Numbered from the stretch's first letter, positions 1 through 12,999 are shown. The stretch: 64,000 nucleotides of DNA from Macrostomum hystrix (GCA_950097015.1 CATNEN010000038.1:21390001-21454000), one strand, 5' to 3'. Numbers and translations: made by a program. Notes: generated from the letters alone by a model not told the origin.

Positions 1-188
1 GACACTAGACCCGCAGCCAGCGAGAAGGCAATTCTGCCCATTCTGCGCTGACTCCTGAGCACAAACGCACACAGATACTGTACGCAGGCACACGCTCACA
101 CAGGTGTGTACATCTGCCCTGACTTTCTCATTTTCAGGCAGTGCAGTGCACACTTTCACTTAGACTTGGAGATTGGCCCTAAAGGGCA
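1..188 (-). mobile_element. tRNA-derived SINE family A, partial copy cut by the window edge
   Basis: Reverse complement matches the body of the + copies at 19817-20124 and 63072-63245 (…gagaaagtcagggcagatgtacac…ctcgctggctgcgggtctagtgtc). Confidence 0.85.
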
Positions 189-434
189 CGTCAGGCCTCT
201 CAGATATTTACCATAGACAGTCTCAGATACAAGTGGCGAATAAACAAGAGTCACTAAATATAGGAGTCCTTGGTTCACGATTGCTATGTATTCCGCAGTC
301 CAATTCATCACCGTTAGCCGCTTGTCCAAAACATTCTATGGCCTAAACTATAAGACCCATTTTACTTACACAAAAATCACACACAAAATCTTAAGATTCT
401 CGATTCATATCCAGTTCACTATTTACACGCAGCC

Positions 435-962
435 ATGCAAAACAATCACGAGACGCATCATAGTCATAGTCATAAGCACGGTCATCATCATCATCATCAT
501 CATCGACCGCCAGGCAGCAGCATTGAAACTAATCAGACCCTGCGCGAAGGCAAAATAGTCCGATTAGAACTGCTTAGTCGAAGCCTGGGCATCGATGAAG
601 ACAGACCAGACCAGACTGCTGAAAATGTTCATGACACCGATGCTCTATTAGACTGCGTAGCGCACGCTCAAGCTAACGTGACTATAAGAGAATCATGCGA
701 CTGTGTATATGAAAATCAACACGAACATTTGCACCAGAACCCGCGCTATCATCAGCACCACAGGAAGCAGCAGCATCAGCAGCAGCAGCAGCAGCAGTCC
801 CAGCATGCCCCAGCTCTACAGATGGGTGACATCAAGTTTCGCAAGGCCGATAAATCAAAATCGCCTGACCAATCAGTAGCCAATCAGCACAAAGATAGTA
901 AGAGTTCTAGTGCGAAAATCAATACACCACCTGGAATTTCGGTGAAAAAAAAGTGGCTTTAG
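435..962 (+). CDS. His/Gln-rich uncharacterised protein, probably the terminal exon of a gene starting upstream of the window
   Basis: 175-codon ORF directly after an acceptor-like acacgcag (ends 432); His tract, CAG-encoded poly-Gln as in other exons here; AATAAA near 1095 and 1208. No family recognised. Confidence 0.55.
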   Translation: MQNNHETHHSHSHKHGHHHHHHHRPPGSSIETNQTLREGKIVRLELLSRSLGIDEDRPDQTAENVHDTDALLDCVAHAQANVTIRESCDCVYENQHEHLHQNPRYHQHHRKQQHQQQQQQQSQHAPALQMGDIKFRKADKSKSPDQSVANQHKDSKSSSAKINTPPGISVKKKWL

Positions 963-1259
963 GAATTAGCCGCTGAAGTGACTTCTCAACAGAAGCTTTG
1001 CGTTAGAACTTTTAGCTTTAAATAGCTTGCTTATTTTACCTTATTAGACTGTGTATGCGCAAAAAATGCAACTTTAACTGTATTGCACTATGCAAATAAA
1101 ACTATCTACCAAATATACAGAATTCTGTAAGACAGTCTTCTTAAATACTTGGGTACTTTAATACTTAAAATGTGACTATTCCTGTTGTAATCTTTTATGT
1201 ACTTTTGAATAAATATTTTTTTATTTTGGCTATAACTTTTTTTCTCTGATATACATGCT

Positions 1260-1755
1260 AAAAGTAACGTATATCAAATTCTAAAAGTAACGGATCCCAG
1301 ATTTCAGAAGTAACGGACCTTAGATTCCAGAAGTAAGGGATCACAGATTTCAAAAGTAACGGACCTTAGATTCGAGAAGTAACGGATCACAGATTCCAGG
1401 AGCAACGGACCTTAGATTCCAGAAGTAACGGATCACATATTTCAGGAGCAACGGACCTTAGATTCGAGAAGTAACGGATCACAGATTCCAGGAGCAAGGG
1501 ACCTTAGATTCCAGAAGTAAGGGATCACAGATTTCAGGAGCAACGGACCTTAGATTCCATAAGTAACGGATCACAGATTCCAGAGGTAACGTATCTAAAA
1601 TTCTAGAAGCAATGGATTTCAGATTCTAGAAGCAACGGATCTCAGATTCAAGAAGTAACGTATCTCAAATTCTAGAAGCAACGGATCTCCGATTCCAGGA
1701 GTAACGGGTCTTAGATTCCAGAAGTAACGGATTTCAGATTTTTGAAGTAACGGAT
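1260..1755. repeat. 23-bp minisatellite (agaagtaacggaccttagattcc) with two alternating variants
   Basis: Direct inspection; ggacctta and ggatcaca units alternate, giving a 46-bp higher-order unit. Confidence 0.95.
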
Positions 1756-1898
1756 CTAACTGATTAAAAATATTATTAAACTAATTGAGTAAATGTGTAT
1801 TTCTTTAAGTAACGGATAAAGTAACGAAGAAGTAATTAGGGAAATTACAAGTAGAACTAACAAAAAAATTGAGATTAAAATATGTTTAAAGAACTCAC

Positions 1899-3552
1899 CT
1901 CTGCCCAGACTGCTATGCCTGGGCGCCCTGCTAACTACAGTGGAACTGACGGAAGCGCATTGCGCATTGTTGGCAATTGTAGCGGAGCCAGCAATGGTTG
2001 ATGCGGCTTGACCGTCGTAGATTTCCGTATCGGAAACTGGACGGCTTAATAGGCTGCAACTGCCGATGCTGGTGCGTTCGGAGCCAGCCGTCCCGATGCC
2101 ACCACCGACGCGAGGCGTTACAACGGGCGGCTGCTGTTGCTGCTGCTGCTGTTGATAATAGGCCTGGTTTCGCACCTCAGTGGCGTGACTACGGCGCATA
2201 AACTGTTGTCGCGCCTTCTCCGAATCTGAGAACAGATAGGCCAGCTGCTGATAGAAGTGGCTCTGCTGTTGGGACAATTGACGACGATTCTGCAGCTGAC
2301 GATGCGACTGAGGCTGCTGCTGTTGCTGCTGAAGCTGAATAGCCTCCGACGCTGTCTGGCTGCCAGCTGAACCGCCGCCTCTGACGTTTCTAAATCGACA
2401 AATAGACAGGCCTCTATGCCAGAGATCTCTCCAACCCTTCAGCAGAGGCTCCGGCAGCCACAGATAGAAGGCGAAATTCAGTACGGACTGACAAACGGCC
2501 TGAAGCAGCATTGGGATATAGCTAGGCGGATCTGACACCTGACAGGCTGGCAGGTGTTGCAGTGGATGCGAACGCTGAAGAAATTCTCGTCGCATCTGGC
2601 ACCTGACACAAATTGGCAGGGTGAGACAGCGTGATTACCTGTTAGACAGGATGATTAACTGTTACACTGGATAGTTACCTGGTAAACAGGACTGTTAGCT
2701 GTTAGACAGGGCGTCTACCTGTTAGACATGGTTATTACCTGTTAGATATTGTTATTACCTGCTAGACTGGATGACCCTCTTAGACTGGATGATTAACTGT
2801 TAGACCAGTCGGCTACCTGTTAGACAGGACGGCTACCTGTTAGACAGGTCGGCTAACTGTTAGACAGGACGGCTACCTGTTAGACAGGACGGCTACCTGT
2901 TAGACAGGACGGCTACCTGTTAGACAGGACGGCAACCTGTTAGACTGGATGATTATCTGTTAGACTGAATGATCAACTGTTAGACAGTACGGCTACCTGT
3001 TAGACAGGAGAGTTACATGTTAGACAGGCAACCTTAATACTCTTAATAATTCTGATTCTGAAAGTTTAAAATTAAAGATAACGATGTGTTTTATTCGCAT
3101 TCCACTTAAGGGTGGTGAAACACTTTTTTGACAAAAAATCATAACTGTTCCTTGGGAAAGGGTATTGACGTCAAAGATTCTAGAGCGTTACAATTGTACA
3201 TACGTACAAGCACATATATACACACACACACACACTGTAAGTGACTATAATGCAGCACCCATGCATAAAAGATTCTCTAAAAAGCAACGTTAGTATAGGG
3301 TTAAAGGTTCGGTAGCGCTGCGAGAGATACAGATAGACAGAGAATAAGACATAGATAGGAAGTGTCGGGGTAGAACAGGAAAGAAAGCAGAAAGGACGGG
3401 GCAAAGACCGAACAGACAAGTTTAACTAAAGTCTTTAGCGCTAGCTATATGTGTGCTGCATTTCATTAGGACCGCTAGGCCTCTATATAAGGTCCAACTC
3501 TTAATAATATCATTCTAGCTTTAGTGTAGGGCAGTTTTTAAACAAGCCATGA

Positions 3553-3590
<38 letters not shown>

Positions 3591-6500
3591 GTTTTATCTG
3601 CAATTAACGACATAGCTTTTACTAACTATTGAAGTGGATGTAATAAAGGTTTAGCTAAAATACACTTATTGTCACAACGATTAGACAATTGAGTCTAAAT
3701 TACTCACTTAAACAAAATAATATTCGCTTCAACTATTTGAGAATTTGATCTGGGATGATTCCATGGGTGATAATTTGATCTGGGATGATTCCATGGGTGA
3801 TAATTTGATCTGGGATGATTCCATGGGTGATAATTTGATCTGGGATGATTCCATGGGTGATAATTTGATCTGGGATGATTCCATGGGTGAGAATTTGATC
3901 TGGGATGATTCCATGGGTGATAATTTGATCTGGGATGATTCCATGGGTGATAATTTGATCTGGGATGATTCCATGGGTGATAATTTGATCTGGGATGATT
4001 CCATGGGTGAGAATTTGATCTGGGATGATTCCATGGGTGATAATTTGATCTGGGATGATTCTATTAGTGAGACTTTGATTTACAATGAGCCCATTGGTGA
4101 GATTTTGATCTGGGATAATTCCATGGGTAAGAATTTGATCTCAGATAATTCCATGGGTGAGAATTTGATCTCAGATAATTCCATGGGTGAGAATTTGATC
4201 TGGGATGATTTCATGGATCCGATTTAGATTTTTTACAATACATTTGGTCAGATTTTGATTTGGGATAATCTGATTGGTCGGAAATTTTTCCGGTCCGATT
4301 ATCCCAAACAACAGCGGTCTTACAGCACATAATCGTAGATTTTCCTGCGCCAATTAGGTGACAAGACAAATGCGTAGATATCAACGGCCAGGTATAGACA
4401 GCAGCACAGAATCACTGGCACTGCAAACACCAGCGCCCGATGACCGAACGAATATAGAAACGATTGGTACATAATACGCTCGCCTTTAGTCCAACGCTGA
4501 ACCTGTTTGCTCCAACAGGCCTGCCTGTCTGGGCCGTTCAGATGCGGATCTAAGCAGCACAGGGTGCGATAGCCTGCGAGGTTTATAACAGCGACCAATT
4601 GGGCTACTTCATTAAATGTCATTCAATAAAGAACAAGTTGTTTTCTGCACGGCTAGCCGGCATATTCATTTTTTATACGAGCGTTGGCCGATACCTCCTT
4701 TTCCTCGGGCCTCGATCGATACCTACGTCCCCTTTATCGGGCCTCGGTCGATACCAACCTCCACTTAATCAGGCCTCGGTCGATACTAATCACAATAAAT
4801 TGGGCCTCGGTCGATACCTACCTACCTTCACTAAATCGGGCCTCGGTCGATACCTACCTCCACTTAATCAGGCCTCGGTCGATACCTACCTGCACCGATC
4901 GGGCCTCGGTCGATACCTAGCATCCCTGAATCCGGCTTCGGCCGATACCTACCTCCACTAGATCGGGCCTCGGTCGATACCAACCTCCAATTAATCAGGC
5001 CTCGGTCGATACCTATACCATACCTGAATCGGGCTTCAGCCGATACCTACCTTCACTTAATCGGGCCTCGGTCGATACCTACCTACCTCCACTAAATCGG
5101 GCCTCGGTCGATACCTACCTACACTAAATCGGGCCTTGGTCGAGACCTTTCTGCACTAAATCGGGTCCACGGTCGATACCTACCTCCAGTAAGTCGTGCC
5201 TCGGTCGATACCAACCACCACTGAATCGGGCCTCGGTCGATACCAATCACAATAAATTGGGCCTCGGTCAATACCTATCACAACTTACTTAGGCCTCGGT
5301 CGATACCTACCTACTTTCACTAAATCGGGTCTCGGTCGATACCTACCTCCACTAAATCGGTACTAAATTTAAAGTACAAAAGCAAGCAGCAACGCAATAG
5401 AGAAGCCAAACGCACCGTTGCAAAGCAGCGCCACAGAGGTTAGCAGCAATGCCAGCATTGGACAGGTGTGAAGACCCAGTCGGGCCAATGGATTAATCCT
5501 GCTAACAATGCACACGCCAGAGATTGGGTCGCCTTCGATCTGGAAATTGGATAAAAAATATTTGGCAAATAAACTGCGAACTTTAGGATCTTGGAATGTA
5601 AGACAACCATTCTGATAGTCTTGGAATGTAAGACAACCATTCTGATTGTCTTGGAAGGTTAGACAACCATTCTGATGGTCTTGGAATGTAAGACAACCAT
5701 TCTGATAGTCTTGGAATGTAAGACAACCATTCTGATGGTCTTGGAATGTAAGACAACCATTCCGATGGTCTTGGAATGTAAGACAACCATTCTGATTGTC
5801 TTGGAATGTAAGACAACCATTCTGATTGTCTTGGAAGGTTAGACAACCATTCTGATAGTCTTGGAATGTAAGACAACCATTCTGATGGTCTTGGAATGTA
5901 AGACAACCATTCTGATGGTCTTGGAATGTAAGACAACCATTCTGATTGTCTTGGAATGTAAGACAACCATTCTGATGGTCTTGGAATGTAAGACAACCAT
6001 TCTGATTGTCTTGGAATGTAAGACAACCATTCTGATGGTCTTGGAATGTAAGACAACCATTCTGATTGTCTTGGAAGGTTAGACAACCATTCTGATAGTC
6101 TTGGAATGTAAGACAACCATTCTGATGGTCTTGGAATGTAAGACAACCATTCTGATGGTCTTGGAATGTAAGACAACCATTCTGATGGTCTTGGAATGTA
6201 AGACAACCATTCTGATTGTCTTGGAAGGTTAGACAACCATTCTGATAGTCTTGGAATGTAAGACAACCATTCTGATGGTCTTGGAATGTAAGACAACCAT
6301 TCTGATTGTCTTGGAAGGTTAGACAACCATTCTGATAGTCTTGGAATGTAAGACAACCATTCTGATGGTCTTGGAATGTAAGACAACCATTCTGATGGTC
6401 TTGGAATGTAAGACAACCATTCTGATGGTCTTGGAATGTAAGACAACCATTCTGATTGTCTTGGAAGGTTAGACAACCATTCTGATAGTCTTGGAATGTA

Positions 6501-9500
6501 AGACAACCATTCTGATGGTCTTGGAATGTAAGACAACCATTCTGATGGTCTTGGAATGTAAGACAACCATTCTGATGGTCTTGGAATGTAAGACAACCAT
6601 TCTGATTGTCTTGGAAGGTTAGACAACCATTCTGATTGTCTTGGAATGTAAGACAACCATTCTGATGGTCTTGGAATGTAAGACAACCATTCTGATTGTC
6701 TTGGAATGTAAGACAACCATTCTGATGGTCTTGGAATGTAAGACAACCATTCTGATTGTCTTGGAATGTAAGACAACCATTCTGATGGTCTTGGAATGTA
6801 AGACAACCATTCTGATTGTCTTGGAAGGTTAGACAACCATTCTGATAGTCTTGGAATGTAAGACAACCATTCTGATAGTCTTGGAATGTAAGACAACCAT
6901 TCTGATGGTCTTGGAATGTAAGACAACCATTCTGATGGTCTTGGAATGTAAGACAACCATTCTGATGGTCTTGGAATGTAAGACAACCATTCTGATGGTC
7001 GGGGAATGTAAGACAACCATTCTGATGGTCGGGGAATGTAAGACAACTTAAAATAACCAACCTCATTAGTAGCCAAGGCGACAATCACAAATATGACTGG
7101 CAGGGCGATCACAATAATCCACTGGGTGGCTGGCCGTACTATCAGGCAGGAAGTGTCCGATTTACTAGGGTGGCCGTGGCCGCCTGCGCCACCACCGTTC
7201 AGAACCGGCAAGTTGTTGTCGCTACTGTCAGCACGATGATAACGGCCTGCACTGGTAGGCGTTGCCACCTCGTCAATGGTTGTAGCCACGGTAGTGCTAG
7301 TATTAGTATTATTATTATTACTAGTAGCATTATTATTAACCGTCTCGACCATTCTCTGTCGGAAGTGCCTCCTACGAAAGCGACAGATTCTAGCGTTTAC
7401 TGCCAGAGAGAACAATAGGAACGATAGCTGGGAGCTTAGGCTGGCGAAGTGGGTTAGAATGAACACGATCAGGCAGGAATACGAGTCCTCTCGACTGCGG
7501 GTAAATTGAAAAAAAATACTTTCAAATGCAAACTACACTACTTATTTTAGCTTTATAGTAGTAATCATAGAAAAAAATTTTCCACGTATATTAACAGTAG
7601 GACAACGAAGCCTACTTTTTTGCCCATCTTGTGAACCAAAATTGGAGTCGCCAGCTCTTAAGACCATCGAGATATTCAACGGTTCTAGCCGAAGGTCAGA
7701 GGTAGTATATATTTGACACAAATTAGCACTGCGCCTGCGGTCGGTGATCGACTTCGGTGGTCACCGACCTTTATCTAGATGGAACTGCTGGACCTTCAAC
7801 AAGTGGCACCAGCCTTACAATAGACACTGATGCAAATTTTTCCCATTCGCTGATCAAGACTTAATATAGGACCACAGGACACCCTCGCCTAGTCTGTCAA
7901 CCAATCAGTCACCACCCCGACGCCGTCAGCACCGACAGCAGAGTGCCTCCAGCTGGCTATGGAGTACCTAAAGCGAATTGTTTTTAATTTCGCTGATGAA
8001 CTCAACTAGAACTTGTTGAAGGTCCAGCATCTAGGCCTAGATATAGGTGCGTGACCACTGAATTCGGAGATGATGCAGGGTAAATTTTCTGATAATGTTT
8101 GAAGGCCTGGCAAGGCCGCACTGAGGCGCAGTGCAATTTTAAGTATAGGGGTTAATGAAATACACTAGTTCTTATGGGAAAAAATCTGACCTTCGGCTAG
8201 AACCGTTGAATATCTCGACGGTCTGAAGAGCTTGCTCCGTTCGGGTGAAGTAAAAAATAATTTTCATAGGGCATCCCTCCTTGATAGTTCTAGTAATAAT
8301 GCGAAATAGACGAAAACAATCAAATGCCATAGTAACTCAGTTCTTACTTGAGCATAGGCTCGCCAGTTCTCAAAGTGCCGTCGCGTCGGCAGACAATGTC
8401 AAAATGTGCGTTAGGAAATACCTGAGTTAACCAGATGCAGGACATTAGGAGGAAGCACAGGTAGACAAAGAATAAAGTCTGCCTAGGCACTGTGGAACAG
8501 CGATGCCAGCTAACTATGAATGACACCTAAAAGCGAAAAAGATACTCAAGCTCAAATAAAAGAGCCAAGTCTAGCATAGGCGGAGAGGGGCCTGAAGAAT
8601 CGGCGGAGCTGGGCCTGAAGGATAGGCGGAGCTGGGCCTGAAGGATAGGCGGAGCTGGGCCTGAAGGATAGGTGGAGCTGGGCCTGAAGGATAAGCAGAG
8701 CGGGGGCCTGAAGGATAGGCGGAGCTGGGCCTGAAGGATAGGTGGAGCTGGGCCTGAAGGATAAGCAGAGCGGGGGCCTGAAGGATAGGCGGAGCTGGGC
8801 CTGAAGGAAAAGCGGAGCGGGGGCCTGAAGGATAGGCGGAGCTGGGCCTGAAGGATAGGCGGAGCTGGGCCTGAAGGATAGGCGGAGCTGGGCCTAAAGG
8901 ATAGGCGGAGCTGGGCCTGAAGGATAAGCAGAGCGGGGGCCTGAAGGATAGGCGGAGCTGGGCCTGAAGGAAAAGCGGAGCGGGGGCCTGAAGGATAGGC
9001 GGAGCTGGGCCTGAAGGATAGGCGGAGCTGGGCCTGAAGGATAGGCGGAGCTGGGCCTAAAGGATAGGCGGAGCTGGGCCTGAAGGATAAGCAGAGCGGG
9101 GGCCTGAAGGATAGGCGGAGCTGGGCCTGAAGGATAGGTGGAGCTGGGCCTGAAGGATAAGCAGAGCGGGGGCCTGAAGGATAGGCGGAGCTGGCCCTGA
9201 AGGATAAGCAGAGCGGGAGCCTGAAGGATAGGCGGAGCTGGACCTGAAGGAAAAGCGGAGCGGGGGCGTGAAGGATAGGCAGAGCTGGACCTGAAGGAAA
9301 AGCGGAGCGGGGGGCTGAAGGATAGGCGGAGCTGGGCCTGAAGGATAGGCGGAGCTGGGCCTGAAGGATAGGCGGAGCTGGGCCTGAAGGAAAAGCGGAG
9401 CTGGCCCTGAAGGATAAGCGGAGCGGGGGCCTGAAGGATAGGCGGAGCTGGGCCAGAAGGATAGGCCAAATGGAGCCTGAAGGATAGGCTGAGAGGTGAT

Positions 9501-11142
9501 GTGCAAATTGACTCACCACAATGAGTGTATTCATGAGGACCAGTATGATTGAGAATGAGCTCAATATTAGGCGCATTTTAGTGTACTCAGCGTCCTTGTA
9601 CAATGGCGATAAGCAACTCAAATCACAGCCTTTAAACTCTTCATGTCTAAAATTTTATAAAGTAGTTGCCATGCTTAAGAATTAAATTCGAAAAAAACGC
9701 ACACTATCCTACTATAAGTAGATTGTAAAGATTACTGGGGTTTCACACGAAAATGCACTTTTAACTCACTCGAATTGCACTTTCACGCTAGAGGTGGCCA
9801 CCAACGGTTGGAGACATTTGCGCTTCTGATCACGATAGGCATCGAGATGCGAGCGCTTGGGCTGCTTAAGTGTCTTTAATAATAAGCGCATATGTGTATA
9901 TATATTAGTAAAAATATTAGCAACCATTAAAAATCGCACTTACGCAGAAAAGTGAATGCTAAGGGCCTAGTACTCGAACTAATAAGACAAGGAGGTACTG
10001 ACAAATTCAAGTAAGGAAGAGATGAGACATCGGAGAGATAAGACACGATAGAGATAAGACAGGGGAGTTGTATGACTGGGAGAGATGAGAAACAGCAGAT
10101 ATGAGACAGGAAAGAGATGAGACAGGACAGAGATAAGACAGGGGAAATATGAGACAGGTGAGAGATGAGACACGAGAGAGATGAGACACGAGAGAGATGA
10201 GACACGAGAGAGATGAGACACGAGAGAGATGAGACACGAGAGAGATGAGACACGGGAGAGATGAGACACGAGAGAGATGAGACACGGGAGAGATGAGACA
10301 GGAGCACCCAACGGACCGCTTAGCAATACGACAACAATTAATTATTCTCACCACATTTGTCAATGAACAGATCATCATTTCCTCCTTTGGATATTTGTCA
10401 CAATTAAGTATGTCTATGGCCAAGCCCGGAAACAACTGGCCAAATAGTGAGCTGCAACTTTTACTTGAATATTGACAGAATTCTCTGCTAGGGGTTAATC
10501 GATATGGCGACCCGTTGCCTAGGCAACGCGGCTCGTATAATTCGCATAGAAACGGTTTAAGCTTGGACCAGCAGTCAGCTAAGCTGCTGAATGCCGCCTC
10601 CCAGGCTAGAGGACCTGCTGAACCAGTCACCAGCGACATGTTGGACACCAGATCCTCGCGAGATAAACCGAAGCACAGCGACTGGTTGCTGATGCTATTG
10701 AGCCTGGCGGATAAAAAATACACAAAAACACATCTAGACACTAAGCTACTACTCTTAATAGGATAAATAAATACAATGAAAGAAAAAAACGTGACATTTA
10801 ACCGTTTTTTAGAGAACAATCTGATGATTACAACCTTCTGAAATGTGCCTACCTATCCTTATTATCCTCTAAGATCTGCCAACCAATCAGAGAATTAGGC
10901 CTAGTTAATACTCACTTATCTTTAAAAAAACTGAAAAAAGCAACCTACGTTGAGCATCTGTTGCTGGAGTCGAAGCAAGCAGAGCTGCATGAATCATTTG
11001 CAAATAAACAAGCACTGGGCTGTACAGGGAAGACATCACTTTGCTGGCTAATTGTAGAGGCTGCAGCTAGGTTGGTTGTTGCACAACGTTGACACATAAG
11101 TAGGCAAGCACAAATAAACCATTTATTAAATGTCCTTCTCAT
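1899..11142 (-). CDS. smo: Smoothened (class F GPCR, Hedgehog transducer), divergent; 9 coding exons, 3' end unresolved
   Basis: Phase-consistent GT-AG exons: 11142-10949, 10703-10352, 9861-9770, 9646-9517, 8526-8348, 7494-7062, 5539-5416, 4603(or 4606)-4324, 2602-1899 (reads on to a stop at 1756 if the last donor is unused). Signal peptide MRRTFNKWFICACLLMC; CRD …CWSKLKPFLCELYEPRC…PSREFC; linker KCLQPLV…GCDLSCLSPLY; IVCRRDGTLRTGEP; IEGDPISGVC; WRRKIYDYVLCQ; WRDLW. All are collinear with the SMO motifs CWAVIQPLLCAVYMPKC, IVCRADGTMRLGEP, VDGDSVSGIC, WERSFRDYVLCQ, WRRTW. Confidence 0.92.
2636..3030. repeat. 20-bp minisatellite (acctgttagacaggacggct) in smo intron 8
   Basis: Direct inspection; homogeneous centre, degenerate edges. 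Confidence 0.95.
3548..3586. repeat. (TG)n microsatellite
   Basis: About 15 TG units. Confidence 0.9.
3738..4270. repeat. 30-bp minisatellite (aatttgatctgggatgattccatgggtgat) in smo intron 8
   Basis: Direct inspection; source of the spurious ORFs 3729-4034 and 3745-4227. Confidence 0.95.
4685..5362. repeat. ~31-35-bp minisatellite (ggcctcggtcgatacctacctccactaaatc) in smo intron 7
   Basis: About 20 variable units around a conserved ggcctcggtcgatac core. Confidence 0.93.
5588..7047. repeat. 30-bp minisatellite (tcttggaatgtaagacaaccattctgatgg), about 48 copies filling smo intron 6
   Basis: Near-perfect array with recurring variant blocks. Confidence 0.97.
7615..8235. mobile_element. Foldback/MITE-like element with long imperfect inverted arms, in smo intron 5
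   Basis: 7651-7699 is the reverse complement of 8186-8232; 7721-7804 pairs with 8011-8140; a related partial copy lies at 48600-49020. Confidence 0.75.
8575..9490. repeat. 23-bp GC-rich minisatellite (gggcctgaaggataggcggagct) filling smo intron 4
   Basis: Direct inspection. Confidence 0.96.
10015..10302. repeat. 16-bp purine-rich minisatellite (gagagagatgagacac) in smo intron 2
   Basis: Direct inspection. Confidence 0.92.
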
Positions 11143-12999
11143 TTTACATAGTACATTTAGACCTGAAAAGCAAGTTAATATGCAATAGCTAATTAACACA
11201 TTCAGTAAGATCAATATTTTAGGTATTAATTTACAAGCTACTATAGTTATAAGCATCACTTTTTCAATTTAGCCAGCTATTATTTTAAAATATCTTTAGC
11301 TCTGAAAACTTTTCTAGCTATCATATCTGAAACTAAACATCAGGAGCTATAAGGCAATAATACAAGTCAGCTAAAATATAAACAGCAAACAGGCCTGCTC
11401 AGAATAAGGCAGAGAATAAGATCCTTATGCTCAGAATAAGGATCAGAGTGATCACATATCTTGGGTATTTTAACTTTCTTGACAGCAAATATTCATCATA
11501 AAACCTATACTTGGCTTTAAATTGCATTTAACTAGCTATACAAGTTCACCAAGGCCTTACTGCCCAACCCCAACCCCAACAACTAAAAATCTAAATCAAT
11601 GGGAGCTAAAGTTTACACAGTCAGACAAATCTACCACTTGACAGTTTGATAGGCATTTTTATGATGAGAAGGTCTTGACTTATGATAATATGCTATGAGA
11701 ACAATAGCTATAGGCGCTATAGCCACAGGGCCATTTTAGGTCTATGGTGTGTTACATGTTGCATATCAATCATTAATCCCTTTATCATTTAAATAAAATA
11801 ATTTATTCACAGAGCTGAGATAATGGCAATGTGCAAGGTAGCAGTGGCTTTAAATATTGAAAGGCTCAGTATACCTATAACTGGCCACAACCAAAATACA
11901 AATACAAATATAAACACAAAATATCAAAGCACACCTTAAACATGACTGGACAATATAACAGCCACATGAATCTACTAAGAGCTCTAGCAGTGTTAATAAT
12001 GGTAATTTATTAATGTTAATTTTTGTCATGTCTTCTTTTTTTACTAGGCCTAATCATGTGTTGTGTTGTGTTTGTAAATATGTTGTTGCACTTTGCCTTT
12101 GTGGTGCAGTGCACCTGCACAATTAGTTTGCCCTTGTTATTTTTTTCGTCTTGTTTAGTCACTTTCTCTCCCCACTTTATCTGATTGGCTATGACCACTG
12201 TCTGTCCCTCCTTTGTGCTCTTTATGCTTGATTTTCCACTCCTGTATTGTTCTCTAAATTTGTTCACATGGTAGAAGGCTTACAAGTATAAAATATTAAA
12301 AGTTTGAACATACAAAATGAACATATTAGTAACATTTTTCTGACAAGTTTTGTAAAAATATATATTAAATTAAAGTATAAGTTTTAAGCTGCTGAAATAT
12401 GTAATAATTAGAAAAATTATGTATATTCCAAAATGTATGCTAATTTATATAAAATATACCCTAGATAAACTTTTAATACAAATGCCTTATACAAGGTACT
12501 TCGCAACATTAAAAAACAATCATCTTCTGGACTCTAACATTTCGTAGAAAAAGAACAATAATATTCGCGCCAAACTTGTAAGTTAGTAAAAACTAATGAA
12601 ACCATTAAATGTTTCGCGTACTTGACTTTGTAGCTATAATATATCTTTTTACGAAATATTATTTTAACATAATATATAAAACCTAACTCTTAACTCAGCC
12701 TACTTTGTGCGTGTAAATTGTTCTAGGCTGCTTTTGACGAACGAAATCGATGCATTTGTTCCTATATACACTATTACATTTCAAAGAAATTTTGCTAAGG
12801 TTTTGAAACAAGCCTTGTTCTGCTTTGAACTATAAACTCATTGATTTTTACTCAATTTTAGTTCATGTCTAAAAGAGTACTTGCGATTGGCCGTAAATCA
12901 GGAAGGTCGATAAAACTTCAAATACAAAAACCTACGAACACTAATCTAATAATGAGAGAGACAGAAATAATGCTGAAAGAAGACAGAAAAAAAAGAGAG

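Noticed and set aside
2440-2480. Natural SmoM2 (W535L)-like activating change
   Set aside because: Ungapped alignment from the preceding conserved Cys places Trp at 535; Leu appears there only when anchoring on the downstream WRDLW.
4685-5362. CRISPR-like look of a conserved repeat with variable spacers
   Set aside because: The spacers are short variants of one another, the context is a eukaryotic intron, and there are no cas genes.
5369-7466. 571-aa and 627-aa ORFs
   Set aside because: Real smo exons 6 and 7 fused to read-through of a stop-free 30-bp intronic array; splice sites at 7062 and 5539 restore the SMO alignment.
12016-12267. Lys-rich 83-aa ORF upstream of smo
   Set aside because: GTG start, no recognisable motif and no splice linkage.
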